DNA of 63,650 nt, counting the filler, from Bigelowiella natans CCMP2755 (lineage: Eukaryota; Protista; Cercozoa): assembly GCA_000320545.1 (NCBI GenBank). It is 3 parts of 3 records of this genome, joined end to end, with 100 filler letters (N's around TTAATTAATTAA, not from the genome) between each part and the next. Parts side by side here need not be neighbours in the genome. Positions count along the whole stretch, not along the records: positions 1 to 30,972 come from ADNK01003115.1; positions 31,073 to 61,369 come from ADNK01003004.1; 1 more part is not named here. One strand, 5' to 3'. A program made the translations under genes and the position numbers. Positions 28,072 through 41,845 of the stretch are shown here, one piece after another. How positions within the stretch are numbered: the stretch's first letter is position 1; the number at the start of each line of letters is the position of its first letter. The notes below the pieces were generated by a model. That model had not been told where the DNA came from. It saw only the letters and a list, made by a program, of their open reading frames with translations, and did not search any database.

Positions 28072-28665
28072 TCACTTCATCCCGAGCACGGCCATTTTGT
28101 TCCGATCTTTCTTCTTCCTTCTCTTGTTGTTTGACCGGTTCCTTCGGTTATCTCGCCGCTTGCCGCTCGCGGATTTCTCCGCCAGGGCTGCCCTGACCCT
28201 TCCTGACGCTCCAAAGGAGAAGGTTTTCAAGGGGTCCCCGGCCTTCCTACGCACGAAGACAGCGCTGCCTTCGCGGCGGCGTTTCTTCTTTCGCCGTTGC
28301 GCCTTCACGTCGTTGACCACCGACGCCTGGGCAAACACGCAACCGCAGCAAATCAACGATGGCAGAGGAGGGGTGATGGGTGAGCTGGTGATGGATTGAT
28401 ATATGAAGCGGGTGATGAGGTTATGGCAAGGGGTGACGCTCTATTCCTTCATGGCGTTGCGGTTGGCAATCTTCTAAAGACCCCCCCGATCGTCGCCGTA
28501 ATCGTCATTTCCCTGCAATGCAATGTCCCACCTTCGCTGTTGCTGGAAGAAGGTAGGATGGCACGCTCTTCAACGCCGGCTGAACCTGTATTTTCATATT
28601 TTTCATCAAAATATGTTGGGGGACATCTACGACGCATACAACGACACTAATAGCGACCCCCCCTC

Positions 28666-28715
<50 letters not shown>

Positions 28716-29618
28716 TAGCAGCTGGTACTGCCAACGACCTTGGTTGGGCGCAAAACCTTGGCATGCTTCAGCATAGCAAGCTCCCTATACAAGGTGAAAA
28801 GAGAAGGACAACAAGGAAAGGTGAAAAATGTGTCAAATATCACATATAATACATCTATACATTATATACATGATTCAAATATAGAAGGGGTGGAGGGGGG
28901 GGGAGAGGGGGGATTCGTGAATAAAATAGGACCGAGGGTTGTCTTCAAAGTGCGCTTTGAGTTTTTGCGAGTTCATCACTTCCATCCGAAGCTCTTTCAG
29001 CCTAGCTTCCTTCACAGCAGACCTAACAACAAGCAGCAGCAGCAGCAGCGGTGGCGACGACGACGACGATGATGATGAGATCATGATGATGGTGAAGATC
29101 ATGCCGAATATGCTGACCTCGTAACGTTCTTCAGGACGCTTTCCACTCGATATCTGCCAGGACAAACGTGTGAGTGGAGGAAGACAAGGGAATGCGCGTG
29201 CATGTGCATGTGCATGTGCTGCGTGTGCGTGTGCGTGTGCGTGATGCGAACTGGGTAAGGGGGGGGGGATGGAATATTGGACGCAGCTCATCGTCATCAT
29301 AATGTTTAGAAGTACCGAAATCCTTCGATGTCGGAGAGATTGATCTCAAGAGGGCTAATGGCAGCCTGTCGGGTAAGGAAAGCATCGTTGTCATCATCAT
29401 TATAGTCATCATCATCATCAACAACAACAACAACACTCCGCTGCACGTACGCATATTACCTTGGGGTTCGTTGTGACCCGACGCGATTGCTCGATTTGAT
29501 GGTTCATCAGCTCCTGACCAGCAATGCATATGGTCAAACAACAACAATAATGTACAACATAAAATAATAATAAAAAGTAACACTATTCAGATAAAAAGCC
29601 TCATACACACACACACAC

Positions 29619-29656
<38 letters not shown>

Positions 29657-29827
29657 CTATGTTCATGTGGAAGCACTGACCGCAAGCAACGTCTCTTCAT
29701 CCCCCCCCGCCAACAAGCTCAAGGCCGTTCCGTGAGACCCCCTACAGCACAAAAGGACGTGGCCACGAGCAAGAACAAGGTCATAATCACTGTCGCAACC
29801 AATGAAAGTGAGCATATCTGTTTAAAA

Positions 29828-29861
<34 letters not shown>

Positions 29862-30972
29862 GCTGCCGCTGCTGCCAAGGTAATACCCCCTTGCCGTCCG
29901 GCCGATACGATGAACGTAGTTCTTTATAGACAACGGAAAGTCGAAGTTGACCACCTGAGGAGGGAGGGGGGGATGCAAAGAACCGGAGATGAAGGAGGAG
30001 AGCAAAATCAGAAGCAAAACGGCTCTAATTTCCACCTTGCGGCACGATATTACTCTCTCCTTCTCTCCCTTTCTCTCTTTCTCTCTCTCTCACCCTCTCT
30101 TTCTCCCCCCCCCCCCACCGCCCCCCGCCCCGGGCCCTCTATATCTCTCAAGCATGCACAACATATGGTGATGATGTTAAAGTCGAGGACCGTGGCGACA
30201 TTCTTAAAATCGACTCCACGAGCGACGCCGTAGTCCTCTCCAGCATCCTGAGGGGGGGGGGGAAAGCACACCCATAAATTGTGTGTGTGTGTGTGTGTAT
30301 AAATTTGTTCAAAAATAACGAACGAGAGAGCTGTCTACTCCTTTGGCTGTATCATTCATTTCAAGTTGATAAACATTTGTGTTTCTCAGATTTTTGGGGG
30401 GGTGGGGGGGGAGGGTAACTACACGATGATCAGCAAAAGCAGTAGCGGCAGTGCATGCATATTAACACCCCCGCTCTCATCACAATCACAATCGCAACGA
30501 CTGTTATCATCCTCATCATCATCATCATCATGATCACCGGCACACCTTCTTTCGTATACCTTTCTCATTCTCTTCCGTCCGGCCTTCTCATTGCCCCCTC
30601 TTGCACTTGTGGTAGTAGCAGTAGTGCTACTACTGTGCGCGTCCACGCCGCTGCGGAATAAGCTAAACTCCTCATCGTCATCATCTTCCTCCTCCTCCTT
30701 TTCCTCCTCGCCCTCCTCCTCCTCCTCCTCTTCCTCCTCCTCCTCCTCTTCCTCTCCATCCTCTTTGTCCCTGCCATTACCCACATCATCATCTTCTTCT
30801 TCTTCTTCGTGCCATCCACCATCGATCTCTCCTTTACTACTACTAATAAAAAACCTAACCGAGAAGTAGGGGCCCTCAGATATCAAAGAGAGACATCGTA
30901 GTAGTCCAGCTTATAGTAACACAGTGCCACGTAGACCTGTAATAATGAGATAAAGTTAAGAAAACAACAAAA
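28072..30972 (-). CDS. DDX56: DEAD-box RNA helicase DDX56/Dbp9, C-terminal part (5' end lost at contig break)
   Basis: Exons: EDYGVARGVDFKNVATV|VNFDFPLSIKNYVHRIGRTARG (motif VI), AVKEARLKELRMEVMNSQKLKAHFEDNPR, ELAMLKH, VPSYLLP and GDPLKTF. The C-terminal motifs are Dbp9/DDX56-specific. Confidence 0.9.
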
Positions 30973-31072
30973 NNNNNNNNNNNNNNNNNNNNNNNNNNNN
31001 NNNNNNNNNNNNNNNNTTAATTAATTAANNNNNNNNNNNNNNNNNNNNNNNNNNNNNNNNNNNNNNNNNNNN
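30973..31072. other. Artificial contig-joining spacer (N44-TTAATTAATTAA-N44)
   Basis: Exactly 100 nt, with stops in all six frames; an identical spacer lies at 61370-61469. Confidence 0.97.
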
Positions 31073-31143
31073 GGTAGCTAGCATCTATAAACATATTGAA
31101 CCCTCGATGTATGGTCCAAGCATGACAGACGCAAATATATGTG

Positions 31144-31200
<57 letters not shown>

Positions 31201-31229
31201 ACACATTACTCAACATATTTATTCAACCA

Positions 31230-31291
<62 letters not shown>

Positions 31292-31369
31292 TTATACATA
31301 TATATTATTATAAATGGCGTGGTGCAACCGGTTGATTAAAATGCACACATATTGATACATGTATACGCA

Positions 31370-33344
31370 GGATGACCATTTTGTCTCTGAGTATCTCGAG
31401 ATCGTCCTTGTTCTGGGTGAAGATAGGGTCAAGATTGGCCAGATCGGTGATGTTTGCGTTTTTTGAATCGAGCTCCTCACGTCGCTTTTGGATCAACTGA
31501 CCAAAGACGGCGGGTATGTGAGGCGAAGATGGCAATGCGAACAGAAATAATGGGAAAAATCCCTCCAAGTTTCCTCCCCCCCCATCAACATGCACGTGCA
31601 CATGCACAAAGCTGCATGCACATCATCAATATGTGCTTAACGCGCTACGCATATATATACGGAAGAACGAGCATGTACGCACTAATTAGCACACTGTCTT
31701 TCTATATCAAACAACAGATACTCCTAAAACTGTGAAGACATCGATCATAGTCTCCCCCTTCAAGGAGCTTGCGTGTCACGGGATACGCAATATATTCATC
31801 GATATCTCCTAACTCGATGTGGTATTCGTGGTGTCATGCTGCAGGCGACATCGGCATTGCATCTTACAATATCCATCTTCGTGCACACATCTTTCAGAAG
31901 GGCCCATAGCTCAAACTCATAACCGTAGGCATCACGAATAACCTAAGAACATTAGGATTGGGAGGAGGGAAAGGCGAAGGGAAAGGTGAAAGGGGGGGGG
32001 GTTGGGGGGGAGGGGGAGTTTTATCAATTAAATTCAGAATCTAGCTGAATCATAGCAAATCCATAGAACTCAAAGCAATGATCGATACGGATCAAAAGAC
32101 ATAAATAACCACAGATCTCTTAGAGCACGTCGTTTCGCACACGCGTGCTCATCATCATAAATATGCTGCCGTAATCTACTTGGGGGAGGGACTGGAACTC
32201 GCGTCGCAAAGCTGGATAGCAGATCTTGTCAAACTGCCAAAAATAAAGACGGGGTGTGTGTGGATATATGATGATGATGATGATGATGATGGTGGTGGAG
32301 AATCAAGAAGCGGACAAATGAACTAGTTTTTCAATGAAGTTTCCTTCGAATCTACGCTACCCTCAGACCCCCCTCGTAAAATAGCAACCCACGATTCATC
32401 ATCACTCTAAAACATCTCATTTAGTTTATAGTTATTTCTAAAGATCGGCTTCGATGCAGTATCTGACGCTAGGAGAAAGCTGCAACCTCCGAACAGAGGC
32501 ACAGCTTATTCAGCGCGGAAATATCCTTACCTCTTCAATGCCAGGGAGTACGATCGGTGCATCTTTGTTGGTTCCCCGTAACACTTCGTAAGGAGAAAGA
32601 CCTAACAAAGGTTATCCATAGTGCCCCCGATTATATTGTATGACATCAGCGTAACGACGCGCAATCGAGCCGCCACCAACTCGAAAGCCGCAAAGCGCTT
32701 TATACGTTTGTAAAATATGGACCTGCCAAGAAGTATTTATCCACGTCTTTGTCCCATAGTTGTTTCCGCCTCGCCAGGCTCGCTGAATGAGATGAGGATG
32801 GGGGCAGGGGCTCGGTTAGAACATCGTCACCAGCGGAAACGCTATGATATATTCTTCATGTTTTCTTCTTGTTGTTCTTTCTCTTCATCGTGGGCCATAC
32901 ATTCCGCTTCATTCCTCTCGGGCCCCATAAGATCGTCCAGCATCGCCCCAAAAATTCCTGAAACACAAGCAACACCACCACATCAGTGCTTCTTGGGCTT
33001 GATAATATGCGTGCGGTTTTCAACCCGAAGCCCTTTTCTTCTCTGCTCCAACTCCAGGACCATGAACCGCCCAGTTACGCTTGTTCTGATGATGAAATAC
33101 GATATAAATTCAGTCCCTATCTTTCAGTGGCCTCTGCAAGCGAAACCTTTGGCCGTCTCCTCTGTCTTTTCCTTTTCTCGCGTACTCTTCCAAGGACCCC
33201 TTTCCCATGCCCTTCATCCATCCAGAACAAACTAACGAGTCCGAAAACTAAAACGAATACGATTATCGAGTGTGCCCCCGCCCTCCTAGTCCCCAGGACG
33301 CGGAGGCTCTCATCCTCCTCTTCCTGGGCCGGGTGGTCGCCCAT
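31370..33344 (-). CDS. Hypothetical multi-exon protein with N-terminal hydrophobic segment followed by a basic stretch; 3' end uncertain, may run off the contig
   Basis: MGDHPAQ...SIIVFVLVFGLVSLFW...REKRKRQRRRPK, then GT-AG-bounded coding-like exons (SPYEVLRGTNKDAPIVLPGIEE, FDKICYPALRREFQSLP, VIRDAYGYEFELWALLK). No family recognised. Confidence 0.55.
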
Positions 33345-34144
33345 TGCTGGTTCCAGGAGCACGCTTTATGGTTATATATAAAATGCCCTATAAATCACCC
33401 TTGCGACAACCAATATTTTCCATTATCTTTAGAAAATCTGTCAGATTTCTTCCTCTCCAACTCAGAAATGCTGGGGAGCTAGCTCTCGCGACATGGGTCC
33501 TTCCTGCAGCAGGGGTAGGAAAAGGAGACTAATTCATTCCGAAAAAGGCTATTTTCTTGCATTTGAGGGGGAAATTTGCACTTTTTTAGCGTAAAATGGA
33601 CTGGGTTTTCCGCTTTTTTCACGGATTTCACAACTTACCTCCCCTGGGTGAGCAGGTTGATGGACAGAGTCAAGAGGGGGAGAGGAATGAGGCCCGTGTT
33701 GCCACTTGCCGTCGAATGTTCTTGCATGTGTTGTTTTTTACGACGCGCTCCTTTCAGGGCGGTGGGAAATGTGTATGTCGGAGGAGAGTGCGTGTTTTTT
33801 TATCTCTTCCATTAGGGAGGGAGGCGGGTTTTGCTCGATTGCCTTCGACAATTGTTCTTCGTTGCAGGTAATAAGAGACTGAACTTCTGCGGATTGAGGA
33901 AGGACACCAACCCTCAGGCAGGCGTAGAAGGGAGGAGGTCGCGGAGCTATAGGTGAAAGATCCGCACTTGCACAGTGCACTCGACACTGAATTCGAGAAT
34001 AGAAACGTTGCTGCGACAAACACTCAAGGAAATTTAAAAGCGTCCTAGCCCAGAGGAGGACGAGTAGGAGGAGGTCGGAAAAGAAGGAGGGACTGTTGCA
34101 GAAATCACAAGAACGCATAAAATTTTGATAGTAGCTGCAGAATT

Positions 34145-34895
34145 ATGTCCTCCCGCAAAGCGAAGCTCTTGGACCGATTACGCAAGAAACTAAGAGAGAA
34201 GAAGGCATCTCTCGCCGATGAATTCGACTATAAAATGTACATTCTGATCATCTACAAGGACCCCAAGGCAGACCCTCTCGTTTTCGAAGCCGAAAAGGTA
34301 AAAGTACCAGCTCTTAATTCAAAAACAACAGAAGCGAAAGGATACTTTTCTGGCGTGTAAGCTTGCTGTCGCTCGTACGATTGTGCTGTCTGTAGGAGAA
34401 ATATGTGCGTGAGATTGATGATTACACGCAGGTTGCGTTGTGGATGACGAATAATGGAGAAAAGGACATGACGAAGGTCTTCTAACTCCCATATTTTCGT
34501 CTTCCCTCTACTTACCGAAGATCTAGAACCGTGTGACACGCGCACGCACGTATTCTCTCCGGTGTTTGTAGCGTATTTTCTCCTTTATTAGAGGGACTGT
34601 AACACAACACATACATACACGGAGAGAGAGGGGGGGGGGGGGGGAGGTAGTGGTAAAATTAAAATTGGTGCTAATTTCACAGCATTCAACTGAAGTCAAG
34701 GACCTAATAACACGTGATACGGTAAAGCCATTATCCATCAAAAATCAGCCTCTTCCATCCCCCTCCAATTTCAAAGAGAATCTAATCGGTATCTTGTGAA
34801 ATGCTGCATACTGATGGAGACCCATTCTCCTCCTCCAGGTGCAAATCCATGCAATGCGGTGGTTCGCTCTCAATAGTAGCACGATGGATACGGTA

Positions 34896-34936
<41 letters not shown>

Positions 34937-35250
34937 GGGGAGGGTAGAGTAAATTCACCCATTCCTCCTTCTCTTCCTCCCCCCCTCTTCCCTAGCGATA
35001 GGACTAACAATAACAATAACCGCATCGCCGTTTTTTGATCTTCTCAGGCCCGAAGAAGAACAAGGAGCCGTACAAGCTGCTCAGCCAGAGATTCGTGCTC
35101 CGCTACTACGAGATTCGTCGCCACGTGCGAGATGTAATAAGCTTACTGCAAAGAACCATAGCAAATAATTGTCTCTATGATGCGTCCACATCGTATTAGC
35201 ATATCGACAAGACAACCCGCACATCAGCAGCATGAGGAGGCTGGCAGCGT

Positions 35251-35292
<42 letters not shown>

Positions 35293-35385
35293 TCTCTCTC
35301 TCTGTGTGTGTGTGTGTGCTTGGAAAATGACTCCGTGGTCGCTTTGCCTTTAGGAATATGAGTGTGTTTCTCTGATGTTTGTTCC

Positions 35386-35426
<41 letters not shown>

Positions 35427-35496
35427 CCTTTCCTGCATGAGAGAAACCTGTCCCCCTTTCTTGCTTTTCTTTCTCTCTCTCTCTCTCTTTCTCTCT

Positions 35497-35565
<69 letters not shown>

Positions 35566-36001
35566 GGGGATGGTGCGAGTAAGCGGCGAGAAATCGTGTT
35601 CAACCCCTCCCTCAACTTCGCGATCTGGGTCTCGAAATGCCAGCGATCCAGGGGGGGGCCGGTGGAAGCGAGGCTCACATCGGTGAGGAAGATACTATAT
35701 GATCGTGATGAGTGTGAGAAAACGCGGAGAAGCGTCGTTTCAATGGTGTATCGTGCCGCTACAGCGTACAACTTCGTGCTGCTACCAGCACTACTACTAC
35801 TTACTACTCCTACTACTGCTACAAACACTGATAACTAACTGCTGCTTCGACTGCCCAGGTGATGCTGTGCATTCCACAATCCGACTTGACGAAATGGATT
35901 CCTCAAGCGCAGTTTACGCAGCGGCTCTCGTTCGAAAAGGTGCTGCGATGGGGGCGGTGATGATGATGATGATGTTGTTGATTTTGACGGTACATGTGTG
36001 C

Positions 36002-36041
<40 letters not shown>

Positions 36042-36632
36042 TGCGTGAAAATGAATCAGCGTCCGTCACCCGTAGCAACCATGCCCTTTTTGCAGGTAAC
36101 ACAATTCCAAATGATCTTGTGGAAGGACTTGGCCATGCGGGCTCGAGACCAGTGAGTAGTAGTCAAACACGTGTGCAAAATTTAGAAAACGCCCCTGATA
36201 ATCAGAATATCTTCAACCCCCTCCCCCAGGGAGAGGCGTGTCAAGAGGACGAGTGTATAAGAAGGCATTTCGAGTTTTGAGATATCGATGCGTTTTCGTG
36301 ATATAGTAGTAGTCTGGGCGACGTTCCTTCAAAGGCAGCACAAAACATAACCTCACCCTACTCATTTGATGATCAGGCTTGCTGATAAAACCGCAAAAGA
36401 TCGCAAACAGCTGGAGAAGGAATTTGAAGGGAAAGCAGGCCCCCCTGCTGCTGAGGAGGTTGATAAAGCCATGCTGAAGATCGCGACATCGTCCACCTTC
36501 AATGACAAGCCACCTCACCAGAGGACACAAGATGAAATCGAGGCTCAGGAAGCGGGAACCCTCGATGCGATGCGCTTCATGACTCACGCAGGTCCAGGAT
36601 CAGACGCCGTGCACTCGTCGTCGTCGTCCTGA
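34145..36632 (+). CDS. Homologue of human C6orf62 (DUF4566), multi-exon, with C-terminal extension
   Basis: Exons MSSRKAKLLDRLRKKLREKKASLADEFDYKMYI, VALWMTNNGEKDMTK, VQIHAMRW, KEPYKLLSQRF, IVFNPSLNFAIWV and VMLCIPQSDLTKW line up in order with the recalled C6orf62 segments [77 protein letters not shown] and ICLYLPQEQLTHW. Confidence 0.85.
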
Positions 36633-37295
36633 GGATGTATACGTAAGATGAAGCTTGGCAGTCATGCGAATTGGGCACATTTAGCCGTTCTGTCGCGCGG
36701 AGCACGCGCCTTGCTAGCTTGGCATGCATGCGATGCACTATGTGCCTCGTAACACGCTAGCACGGTTCAAATGAGCTATTTTGTATCAATGCCATCCACA
36801 GCATGTATGTGCCCATGTACGTAATCGTACACACATCTAGACATCTAGACATGTGTATATATGTACGTGCACGTGTATGTGCGTGTGTGTGTGTGTGTGT
36901 GCGCTTTGGGAGCGTGTAGCATGTAGTGCGCTTTTCTCTTGGTATCTGCAGGTCACACACTATCTGCTCTAGTGCTAGCTATGTGGTTACAGCTTGTAAA
37001 AGATGTGTCGCTCATAATCTAGATAATGCACATAAACATTATTCGTTGAACATGTGCCGCCACGCGTGTTCTACGTCCATCACAATGCTTGGACTTGTTG
37101 GTGCATGCGCACAGATTGCTTTGAATGATGTGCTATACTTTAATGAAAGACAGAGAAATGTGAAGCAGCTACGCTAAATGCAACATATATCGTCATGCAC
37201 TAGTGCATGCTAGCATGGCTTTTTCCTCTCCCGCTTGTTTGCATAGCGGGACCAAATATTTGTTCGATACGGCAGTGCATATCTTTTCCATTCCA

Positions 37296-37961
37296 TCAAT
37301 TCTTCTTCGTTGCCAGCCACATCCGAATTCCGAAGCGGTGGCCATCGGCGAGGCTTCGGTGAATTTCGTGGAGCGGCAAAGACCGCTCCCTCAAAGCCCT
37401 TTTGTTCCTACAACGGTAGGTTATGGAATGGATATCATGACATCGTGCCTGGCCTCAGTTCGAGAGTACATCGAGCGCGACAGCATGCAGACACGCAAAA
37501 ACGCAAATTGCATGCAGCACACATACGAGCACGCCCCGCGGAACCCATAAAGGCGATGGCTATTTCGAGAATATGTGGAAAAACTGTTACCCTTTCTGTC
37601 TTGTCTCAGCAGTAAAAACGCCCCTTTTCTCCTCAACGAAAGTGTGGACTGGAACGTGCACTTTCGCACAGTCTGGAGACTTGCTTTCTGACAAAATCCT
37701 CGCGACATCGGTGCTTATCCATGCCGCTGAGCGTACCTCAGAAGGCTCTAAATGGAGAGCAGTCTTTTCACAAAAAAACACGACGCTTTCGTGAGATGAA
37801 CCCACGACGTAGAATGCAGTTTATGTGCATCGGCACACAGCAAACTTGCAGCATCTTAGATATGTAGGGAAAAGCTGCGACAAAAAATTGCCCTCGTAGA
37901 AGTTTTGGCCATAAAGACTTTCACACTGCGGTGCCACACGCAATATTATATTATAAACATG

Positions 37962-38005
<44 letters not shown>

Positions 38006-38248
38006 AAGATGTATACAGCAAGATCTAATTTATGCGAGAATTTCACTCGTTATCCGACCTCTTTGGTCCCTGGCGATGTACCCTTATAGATCATCATTAT
38101 ATACTGCCGCAAACTAGTAGCTACGTGCGCTTGCCAGACTCCTATCAGCTACCAGCAATGGGGATTTTTTTCGGTATATTGATGTAAAGAGAGGGGGAGG
38201 GGGGTCTACTATAGGATAGAAAGAGAGAGAGTGAAAAAAGGAAAAGAG

Positions 38249-38292
<44 letters not shown>

Positions 38293-38419
38293 AAGAGAGT
38301 ATCATAATAAAGAACATGAGGGGGCAGAGACATCGATAACTTCGCTCGAAATAAAGCTACCGAACCGCCCCCCTTGAATTGATGACAAGCACCATATTAA
38401 GGAGGAAAAATGGCAATTG

Positions 38420-38463
<44 letters not shown>

Positions 38464-38483
38464 CGAAACGCTTAAAAAATTAT

Positions 38484-38518
<35 letters not shown>

Positions 38519-38532
38519 TTATAATATATTAC

Positions 38533-38566
<34 letters not shown>

Positions 38567-39210
38567 TTTACACCTGAAGGCTTTTAGAGTCCACAAGTTG
38601 CCCAGTCTCCTCGCGGAGCTCTCTAGCTGCAGCAGCTTCCGGAGCGTGCTCTCCAGGATCGATCTGCCCTCCAGGAAACACCCATGCATTGGGATACGTG
38701 CCTGTGTGCACGGAGGGATGACAGCGAGAAGGCATTGTCCGCCAAGTAGTAGTAGTAGTAGTAAACGGAATTAAAAATGAAAAGTTTTGAAGAAAATGAC
38801 GGGGAATGATATAGAGGCACCGTTACAAGGTGGAAGGGGGGGGGGGGGGATCTCGGGGGGGAGGGAGAGCATATCTCAGGCGCCGAAGTAGAAGAAGCGA
38901 AAACATCATTACATTTAGAGCCCCACTGCCTAACCCTCTCTCCCAAACATATTTACTATAACGATCATCGTTACTATTTTGTAGATTAACAAAGACTTAC
39001 GCATGTGCGCAGCTCGCTGTGTTATTAGAATCTGGGGTCCTGCTCCTTGCTTCTTCCTCTCCAATAGAACGACAACGGACGCCCTGACGAGCAGCGGGTT
39101 GAGGCGAAACGCCCATTTCACCAATGCACAGGCTGGTCTCAGCACCTTTCGATGGAGAATATACACACATATAAGCACATCGTAGGAGTAAGAGATCACG
39201 TAGATATGAA

Positions 39211-39278
<68 letters not shown>

Positions 39279-40168
39279 AATGTGCGTGGGTGTTTGCTGG
39301 TGTTTAACTACCGATACAGCGAGATTCTCGAATCCAGACCGGTTTAAAAAGGCCCCGCCACACGGAACCTATGGACAATGTTCCCTCAACTACGCACTAC
39401 ACTGCGGCGAACCGTGAAGTCTCTACATAATGCCATATCAAATTCCATCTCACGTGCTCCGGCGTTTCTAGCTGCGCTGCCGTTTAATTAAAAAGACAAC
39501 CTTTTCGTAAAACTCGACCTCACTTCTACTTACAGCCGAGCATATGTCAGCCTCTGTCGTAGATTCACTGCATATGAGGAGTAGATTGGGACTGTTTCCC
39601 GCATTGCTGCTCGAATGCTTCGAGGCTTTCTCCTCCGCTGAGGCTCTCCCCCCCCTGCTCATGTCGCCACCGCTACTTGTGCTTCTCCTTATGTAGGCGA
39701 TGCAGAGGTTATCTCCGTGTTCGATAGGACCACCATGGGCTTTCTAAGGGAGGAAAAATGGGGAGGGAGGGCGGAAACGTTCAAGCGGAGCATCTTCATG
39801 TGATATTTGCAAAGTCAAGGCCTCACTTGCCAGACGCATCGTCCGAACTCTGCCAGAGGAAGCAGGTCAACATTGGTTTCCAGGCAATCACTTGCTGTCA
39901 CGACGCGCGCGTGGCCTGTGCCATAAGCGCGAACTGCCTGTATCATGAAAGAGCACAAAGCACATGATCGTCGGGTAGTCAATGCATTTCTCCGAGCCTC
40001 CCACCCCCCTCCCGTGCGCCAGAGACCAGCATACACACATGGGTACGCGCCATCGGCGCCAACCTTGTCATGGCGATCGCGTGACTCCCATTTCCGCAGC
40101 ACGAAGTAGCATAGCACCGCTGCTGCAATGAGGCCTCCCCCTGCCAGAGCCCCCACCACAGCGAGCAT
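37296..40168 (-). CDS. Nudix hydrolase, NUDT17-like, with N-terminal membrane anchor; multi-exon
   Basis: [42 protein letters not shown] (Nudix box), LHLEPSEVRSAAWI and C-terminal SLADGHRFGIRMWL. First exon MLAVVGALAGGGLIAAAVLCYFVL is hydrophobic. Confidence 0.82.
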
Positions 40169-40399
40169 CGACGTGTCTCAGAGCACGTCAAAAAAAAAAC
40201 ACGGAAATCATGCGGATTCTGTACCGCGACAACGTTTTATCCGGATCTCAATGGGAATTTTAGCCCCTGATTCTTCTCAAGCGACAAGGGAGAGTGTGTG
40301 TCGCGGTAATAAATCGTATTCGTTTTTGGCTAATTTATAGAAAGTTTTTTGTCTGTTCCGAAAGGCAGTCAGCGATCGGAGAAACTTGCCTCCCCCCAG

Positions 40400-40916
40400 A
40401 TGCCGCCGCCCTTCCTCGTTTGTTTCCTGGTCCTCTCCTCACTTCCCGTCATACGCCCAGCGAAGATATCTACTCGCTCATATCATCGACAAGTCGGAGC
40501 AATCGATTTTGTGGCAAGATGGCGCCGGGGCTTGAGGGGGCAAGGGGCAAGTAGGGTACTTTACCCTTTATCGCCTAGATGTTCGGAGTCAGAAGCAAAC
40601 GGTAATGAAACAAATTGTATTTCTATTCTACCTTCGTTGAACTTTTCGGGGCTTCTCTCTGCACCCTTCTCATCAAACTCGCGACTCTGACACAGCATTC
40701 CTAATGAACAGCTCAAAAACCGGCTGAGGAAGAAGCAAGGGACATCGCATCTGCCCTACCTCCTGGAGAAAAGGAATATCTTGTCTCGAACAAATATAAT
40801 GACGTAAAGGTCTACCGATGCTATGAAGAGGAATTTCTTCAGAACATACTGCAAAGATGGAAGTATTTGCCCCAGGTCATGCACATTCCTTTTGTCGCAC
40901 AAACACACACACCCAC

Positions 40917-40955
<39 letters not shown>

Positions 40956-41845
40956 AACGGTAAAAGGAATACAGTTATATTGTGATAATCTTTCTATCGA
41001 AGAATTCTTCTCGTGGCACTAATCACATGTACGTATTCTTGCCTAGGTGTGCGTAGCAGGGGTGTCCAACGCGGGCAAGTCCTCACTAATAAACCATCTC
41101 CTGAAGAAGGACAATATTGCACGTGCCTCCTCCGTCACTGGGAAGACGCGAAGCGTCGATTTGTTCATAGTGAACGACAAATTCATCCTTGTGGATCTGC
41201 CTGGATTTCCCGGTGCCGACGGCCAGGTGTAGACTCCGAAAAAACCATAAAGCTGAAACAATAAATCAGATATTTTTTTGAAGATAGATACATAACTGAT
41301 GCTCTTAATTTATCTGATTTCAACGCTCTCTCGGTCAATGTAAATCACATACCCCTTTTCCGCCTCACCCGCTGTTTCTCTACGATGAATAGGCATCGAA
41401 GTTGTGGGACGAGCAGTTTGAGCCTCTCGTGCAGGTTTACCTCCGCGACGCGGAAGATCTTAGAGGAATGTTGTTTGCCCACGATGTTCGTTGGCCAGTC
41501 ACGAGTGATGAAGTCAGGTGGGCGAGAAACTATATCTCCTTATAGGAATCGCTTCCTACAAATATTTATGAAACATATTGACAACAACTATTAACTCCGG
41601 TTTATCTTTGTTACGTTAGATATCTGACCGCGGCCAAACAACTGAACCTCCCCGTCCTAGCGCTTTTGACAAAAGACGACCGCGTTGAGCACAAGCAGAG
41701 GAATTGGGGGCTCTCGCGTTTCATGCAGGACACCGGATTCGACGGTCGGCATATACACTACTGCTCTGACAACAAGCTGCCACAATGCAGAAAAAGCAGG
41801 AGAATGGCTTTGCGGTTCATAGAGTCAGTGTGTGGGCGGAAATAG
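40400..41845 (+). CDS. engB: EngB/YihA/YsxC ribosome-biogenesis GTPase with signal-peptide plus transit-like leader; multi-exon
   Basis: G1 VCVAGVSNAGKSSLIN, G2 GKTRS, G3 VDLPGF, G4 LTKDD. Leader MPPPFLVCFLVLSSLPV followed by an Arg-rich region. Stop TAG at 41843-41845. Confidence 0.88.

Noticed and set aside
30973-31072. TTAATTAATTAA flanked by Ns as a biological palindrome or piggyBac TTAA site
   Set aside because: The identical 100-nt structure occurs twice and gives stops in six frames, so it is a concatenation linker. Adjacency across it is meaningless.
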